Source of the DNA: an archaeon
GTDB taxonomy: Archaea; Iainarchaeota; Iainarchaeia; Iainarchaeales; 1-14-0-10-31-34
Direction: 5' to 3'
Length of the DNA stretch: 32,000 nucleotides
Assembly: GCA_024277355.1 (NCBI GenBank)
Contig: JAJRVL010000004.1
Location: forward strand, 300,001-332,000
The stretch's first letter is position 1. Each line of letters starts with the position of its first letter. The position numbers and the translations under genes were made by a program. Under the pieces are notes generated by a model that was not told the DNA's origin, made no database searches, and saw only the letters and a list, made by a program, of their open reading frames with translations. This document shows, in pieces, positions 27,520 to 32,000 of the stretch.

Positions 27520-27560
27520 TAACATAAATTTATTAAGTTGAAATAAACATATTTAATTAA

Positions 27561-28061
27561 ATGAAACCAAAAAAAAATATATCACTGCATAAAACAGCGA
27601 TTTTTAGTTTGTTAAAAAAAGCACCAGGTATTTCTACGCATTATGCATTAGAAATATTAAGCAAAAACGGAAAAAAAACAAATAAATGGACTTTTAAAAG
27701 AGCCAAAAACAAATTTTTTAAACAAGGACATCAGTTTGGAGAACACAGTGTTCTTGGAAGCAGAGACACTAAAATAGCTAAAAGACTTCATAAAGGAGAT
27801 TCACCAACTAAAGTTGCTAAAGATTTGCAGATTTCAAGAAGCACAGTATATAAGATTAGCGACATAATGGAACAATATGGAATTCCTGCTTCTTATTCAG
27901 CACGAAAAACAATTTTAAAAAAAGAAATTAAAGAAATATATGCTAAAAACCCTAAGATTTCTATTAAAAAAGTATTTGAAGAATTAAAGAAAAAACATAA
28001 AGAACTAAAAATATACACTGTTTCAAGAATAATAAGCCAGCAAAAAAACAAAAAAAAATAA
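27561..28061 (+). CDS. Multi-HTH protein resembling the DNA-binding part of a transposase/resolvase
   Basis: HTH GDSPTKVAKDLQISRSTVYKISDIM; C-terminal KKEIKEIYAKNPKISIKKVFEELKKKHKELKIYTVSRIISQQ; no catalytic domain. Confidence 0.6.
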   Translation: MKPKKNISLHKTAIFSLLKKAPGISTHYALEILSKNGKKTNKWTFKRAKNKFFKQGHQFGEHSVLGSRDTKIAKRLHKGDSPTKVAKDLQISRSTVYKISDIMEQYGIPASYSARKTILKKEIKEIYAKNPKISIKKVFEELKKKHKELKIYTVSRIISQQKNKKK

Positions 28062-28079
28062 ATTTATTAAATAATGCTG

Positions 28080-28385
28080 ATTAAAATGAATTTCAATGAA
28101 AAAGTCTGGAAGAAAATTAAACTAATTCCTAAAGGAAAAATTTCAACTTATAAAGAAATAGCTAAAGCAATTGGAAACAAAAATTCAGCAAGAGCAATAG
28201 GAAATGCCTGCAATAAAAATCCTTTTGCTCCAAAAGTTCCCTGTCACCGAGTAATTAAATCAAACGGAAGTTTAGGCGGATTTGCATTTGGAACAAAACA
28301 AAAAATTTCTTTATTAAAAAACGAAGGAATTGAAATAAAAAAAGAAAAAATAATTGATTTTAAAGAAAAATTATTTAAGTTTTAG
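28080..28385 (+). CDS. Methylated-DNA-protein cysteine methyltransferase, C-terminal domain only (Ogt/ATL-like)
   Basis: VWKKIKLIPKGKISTYKEIAKAIG...ARAIGNACNKNPFAPKVPCHRVIKSNGSLGGF; PCHRV retains catalytic Cys. Start at ATG of MNFNEKV; the supplied ORF starts at 28074. Confidence 0.9.
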   Translation: MKMNFNEKVWKKIKLIPKGKISTYKEIAKAIGNKNSARAIGNACNKNPFAPKVPCHRVIKSNGSLGGFAFGTKQKISLLKNEGIEIKKEKIIDFKEKLFKF

Positions 28386-30167
28386 TTATAACTTGAATCT
28401 TTTTCTTTCTTCTTTTGTTTCTTCCCTTAAATAATTAATAAATTCATCTCTAAAATTAGAGATATCTAATACTTTGCCTGTTTCTAAAAAAGAAGTTATG
28501 TTTTTAATGAAAACATTACTGCCAATAATATCAGGCAAAATAACAAAATCAACTTTTTTTTCATAAAATTCCAATGCATCTCTTTTAGTTTTTGCTCTGG
28601 TAAAAATTGAAATTTTAGGGTTAATTCTTTTTGCTTTATCAACTAAATATAATGAATGCATTACTTCAGGAATAGCAATAACCAATAAAACAGCTTTAGA
28701 TAAATTAACTTTATTCCACACTTCATCATTTTCAATGTTTCCGCAGACAGAATTAAGTCCTAAATTAATTTGATTAAAAATTACATCCGGATCATGATCA
28801 ATTACTATTACATCATTATGTCTTCCAATTGCCTGAGCAATACTTGAACCCATTACTCCTGCGCCAACAATAATAATATGATTATTTAATTCAGTTTCTT
28901 CAGGAAGCCTTTCTAAGTCATTTAATTTATCAACAGACTGAAATTTTTTTGAAAACGGATGAAATAAAGCTGAAAGCCTTGAATAAAATCCTTCACTTGA
29001 ATTCATAAAATAAGGAGTCAAAGCCATAGTTAAAGCAGTAACAATAATTGTAATTGAAAAAATATCCTGAGGCAAAACTCCTTTGCCTCCATCAAAACCC
29101 TGTGCAGCTAAAATAAAAGAAAACTCAGAAATTTGAGCTAAAGAAAAACCAACCAATAAACCATTTCTTGTTCCATAACCGCCTATAACACTGACTAAAG
29201 CAAAAATTAAAGGTTTTAAAATCAAAACAACAAACAGCATTAAAACAGAAATCAATAAAATAAAATCAAGTGAATTAGAAAACACTAAAGTTAACTGAAC
29301 TCCTAAAGAAACAAAAAACACTGTAACAAAAAAATCTCTTATTCCTCTGATTTTTCCAACTAATTCTAAATTACTAGACAAAGAAGACAAACTTAATCCA
29401 GCTAAAAATGCTCCTACAGCAGGAGAAAAATCAAGCATTACAGACAAAAAAATAAAAACAAAACAAGTACTTAAACCGCTTAAAAATAATAATTCCTGGC
29501 TATTAGACGAATAAGAAACAATTTTTGAAAAAATATATTTTCCTAACAAAAAAGAAAGCAAAAGTAAAAGAAATCCTTTAATTATAATTGGAAAAATAAC
29601 AGGAAAAGAAAAAGCATTAGCTGACAAAACAGGCAAAGCTAAAACAATCAAAAAATCCTGCACTAACAAAAAGCCAATCATTAATCTTCCATGAAGAGTA
29701 TTTAGTTTATGTGAATCAGATAAACTTTTTATTACAACAGTAGTGGAACTAAAAGCCAAAATTAAACCTAAATAAACTGAAACAATAAAATCTAATCCAA
29801 TAAATTCAAACAAAAAAAAACTTATAACTGAAGTTAAAATAACCTGAGTTAAACTTCCAAGAAAAACAATTCGACCCATGTTTTTTAATTTATTTAAATC
29901 TGATTCAACTCCAACAGTAAACAACAAAAAAGCAATTCCTAATTCTGAAATCAAAGTAATGTCTTCCATGCCTGTAAGACCAATAAGATTTAATCCAATT
30001 GGCCCTATAATTAATCCTGCAACAATATAAGACAAAATTAAAGGCTGTTTTAAAACTCTGCCAATTAATCCAGTAATAGTCGCAAAAACTACAATTAGCC
30101 CTAATTCTGCAACTAACCCTAAACTATTCACAAAATTTATTCCAATAGAAGAAAATTGTTCAATCAT
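28386..30167 (-). CDS. Monovalent cation:proton antiporter-2 (KefB-type) with C-terminal TrkA-N domain
   Basis: GPIGLNLIGL, LAFSSTTVVIKSLSD, GRLMIGFLLVQDF, GAFLAGLSLS; IIIVGAGVMGSSIAQAIGRHNDVIVIDHDPDVI. Confidence 0.93.
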   Translation of the reverse strand: MIEQFSSIGINFVNSLGLVAELGLIVVFATITGLIGRVLKQPLILSYIVAGLIIGPIGLNLIGLTGMEDITLISELGIAFLLFTVGVESDLNKLKNMGRIVFLGSLTQVILTSVISFFLFEFIGLDFIVSVYLGLILAFSSTTVVIKSLSDSHKLNTLHGRLMIGFLLVQDFLIVLALPVLSANAFSFPVIFPIIIKGFLLLLLSFLLGKYIFSKIVSYSSNSQELLFLSGLSTCFVFIFLSVMLDFSPAVGAFLAGLSLSSLSSNLELVGKIRGIRDFFVTVFFVSLGVQLTLVFSNSLDFILLISVLMLFVVLILKPLIFALVSVIGGYGTRNGLLVGFSLAQISEFSFILAAQGFDGGKGVLPQDIFSITIIVTALTMALTPYFMNSSEGFYSRLSALFHPFSKKFQSVDKLNDLERLPEETELNNHIIIVGAGVMGSSIAQAIGRHNDVIVIDHDPDVIFNQINLGLNSVCGNIENDEVWNKVNLSKAVLLVIAIPEVMHSLYLVDKAKRINPKISIFTRAKTKRDALEFYEKKVDFVILPDIIGSNVFIKNITSFLETGKVLDISNFRDEFINYLREETKEERKRFKL

Positions 30168-30194
30168 TAATTAAAAAGACGTAAAAGAAGTATA

Positions 30195-30219
30195 TAAAAC
30201 TTTTTAAGAAAAAGTTTTA
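30195..30219. repeat. Perfect 11-bp hairpin of the AAACTTTTT/AAAAAGTTT family
   Basis: TAAAACTTTTT-AAG-AAAAAGTTTTA between cysS and the antiporter gene. Confidence 0.7.
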
Positions 30220-30262
30220 TCAAAAAACGCTTTGCATAAACTTTTTAAAGAAATTAATTAAA

Positions 30263-31669
30263 TTAGATTTTCTTCCATCTTGCACCGTCTTTTGCGTCAC
30301 TTAATTCAATTCCTTTTTTCTTTAATTCTTCCCTTAATTTATCTGCTTTACTCCAGTTTTTTTCTTTTCTTGCTTTTTCTCTTTCATTAATTAAATTCAT
30401 TAATTCTTTATCTAATTTTTCTTCTTTAAAATCCATTACACCTAAAACTAAATTAACTTTCTTCATAAAAAATAAAATTTTTTCTGATTGTTTTTCAGAT
30501 AAATTTCCTTCAGAAATTAATTTGTTTATTTCTTTCATAAAATCATTTAATGACGTTAAAGCAAGACTAATATTTAAGTCATCATCTAAAGCTTTAACAA
30601 AAGAATTTTCTGCTTCTTTAACAACCAAATCAATTTCTTTTAGTTTTATTTCTTTTGTTTTATTTTGTTTAATTCCATTTAGTTTTGAAATAAATTCATT
30701 AAATTTTTCTATTTTTTTTTCTGATTCCTTTACTGCTTTTTCAGTGAAATTTAATTCACTCCTATAATGAGTTGATAATAAAGTAAAACGAATTGCTTCA
30801 GGAGAAAAACCTTTTTTTATTAAATCCCTTAAAGTATAAAAATTTCCTAAAGATTTAGACATTTTTTCTCCATTAACAATTAAATGAGAACAATGCAGCC
30901 AAAAATTCACAAACTTTTTTCCTGTTGCTCCTTCACTTTGAGCGATTTCATTTTCATGATGAGGAAATTTGTTGTCTATTCCTCCTGTATGAATGTCAAA
31001 TGAATTTCCTAAATGTTTCATACTCATAGCAGAACATTCAATATGCCAGCCTGGTCTTCCTTTTCCTAATTCTGTTTCCCAAAAAACATTCCCATCTTCT
31101 ACTGAATAAGCCTTCCATAAAGCAAAATCTCTTGCGTTTTCTTTTTCATATTCATCCTGTGAAACTCTTGCACCTTCTTTTAATTCCTCAATTTTAAAAC
31201 CTGAAAGTTTACCGTAATTTTTAAATTTTTTAATTGAAAAATAAATACTATTGTCATCTCCTTTGTAAGCCAGACCTTTTTTCAGTAATTTTTTAATTAA
31301 TTCAACCATTTCAGGAATTGTTTTTGTTGCTTCAGGATAAAACTCTGCTTTTTCAATATTTAAAATCTTTAAATCCTCAAAAAAAGATTTTTTGAATTTA
31401 TCTGTAAAATCAGTTAATGAAAGATTTTCTTTAATTGAACCTTTAATTGTCTTATCATCAACATCAGTTAAATTCATTACCTGAATTACTTTAAAACCCT
31501 TAAATTTCAGGTAACGCCTTAACAAATCCTCAAAAATATATGCCCTAAAATTTCCTATATGTGCAAAATCATATACTGTTGGACCGCAAGTATACATTTT
31601 GACTTCATTGTCTTTCAAAGACTTAAATGACTCGTTTTTTTTTGTTAAAGAATTATAAAATGAAAGCAT
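30263..31669 (-). CDS. cysS: Cysteinyl-tRNA synthetase
   Basis: MYTCGPTVYDFAHIGNFRAYIFEDLLRRYL, GRPGWHIECSAMSMKHLG, FDIHTGGIDNKFPHHENEIAQSE, KMSKSLGNF. Confidence 0.97.
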   Translation of the reverse strand: MLSFYNSLTKKNESFKSLKDNEVKMYTCGPTVYDFAHIGNFRAYIFEDLLRRYLKFKGFKVIQVMNLTDVDDKTIKGSIKENLSLTDFTDKFKKSFFEDLKILNIEKAEFYPEATKTIPEMVELIKKLLKKGLAYKGDDNSIYFSIKKFKNYGKLSGFKIEELKEGARVSQDEYEKENARDFALWKAYSVEDGNVFWETELGKGRPGWHIECSAMSMKHLGNSFDIHTGGIDNKFPHHENEIAQSEGATGKKFVNFWLHCSHLIVNGEKMSKSLGNFYTLRDLIKKGFSPEAIRFTLLSTHYRSELNFTEKAVKESEKKIEKFNEFISKLNGIKQNKTKEIKLKEIDLVVKEAENSFVKALDDDLNISLALTSLNDFMKEINKLISEGNLSEKQSEKILFFMKKVNLVLGVMDFKEEKLDKELMNLINEREKARKEKNWSKADKLREELKKKGIELSDAKDGARWKKI

Positions 31670-31743
31670 AATAACCTACAAAAATATTAAACAAAAAAGT
31701 TTATATTAAATTAATGCAGTAAATTAATCAAAGAAAAGATATT

Positions 31744-32000
31744 ATGCCTGCAAAAACTCCAAGAAAACCAATTTTAAGAAGAACATTAAATGCTAAAGAT
31801 ATGAAATTTATAAATAAACTTTACTCTGAGAAAAGAATTAAACCTCTTTCAACAGAAAAAAAACCCAATGCAGTTATAAGAATGAGAAAAATGGGAGATT
31901 ATCTTATAAAAAGAAGATTCAGACAGACACCAGAACAAAAACAAGTTGTAGAAATTCTTTATGGAAAAAACAAAGCAGCAAAAAAAGCAGAATTAATTTT
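31744..32000 (+). CDS. Hypothetical basic protein, truncated by window end
   Basis: Open frame from ATG: MPAKTPRKPILRRTLNAKDMKFINKLYSEKRIKPLSTEKKPNAVIRMRKMGDYLIKRRFRQTPEQKQVVEILYG... Confidence 0.5.
   Translation, partial: MPAKTPRKPILRRTLNAKDMKFINKLYSEKRIKPLSTEKKPNAVIRMRKMGDYLIKRRFRQTPEQKQVVEILYGKNKAAKKAELI

Noticed and set aside
1-32000. CRISPR arrays, prophage modules, defence islands, IS elements with inverted repeats
   Set aside because: Searched by eye. No regularly spaced direct repeats of CRISPR length, no phage structural genes, Cas proteins or DDE/tyrosine recombinase catalytic motifs were seen.

Overview
AT-rich (roughly 30% GC by eye) archaeal chromosomal window with close-packed short operons. 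Archaeal markers: histone, Hef helicase-nuclease, NMD3-like protein, ribosomal S8e, beta-CASP RNase and tRNA introns. Some genes look bacterial-type: MEP-pathway ispE and ispG, and nadD. Together this suggests a DPANN-like lineage, which is inference only. No CRISPR array, prophage or intact transposon was found. The most unusual content is non-coding: (1) tRNA-Arg(CCU) and tRNA-Asp(GUC) each carry a long (149 and 128 nt), hairpin-rich intron at 37/38; (2) an AAACTTTTT-loop-AAAAAGTTT palindrome recurs in intergenic regions and inside the tRNA-Arg intron; (3) a locally GC-rich, highly structured element lies at about 14013-14116, with two near-identical 22-nt hairpin units around a GC-rich hairpin; (4) three tandem 11-bp repeats sit upstream of a RelE-type toxin-antitoxin pair. 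Notable coding content: a SpeD-like domain with a divergent processing motif fused to spermidine synthase, an ispE split by a -1 frameshift at two A_AAA_AAA heptamers, a transposase-like HTH protein with no catalytic domain, and a short STT3/AglB-like protein. All product names rest on reading motifs in the translations. No database searches were run.
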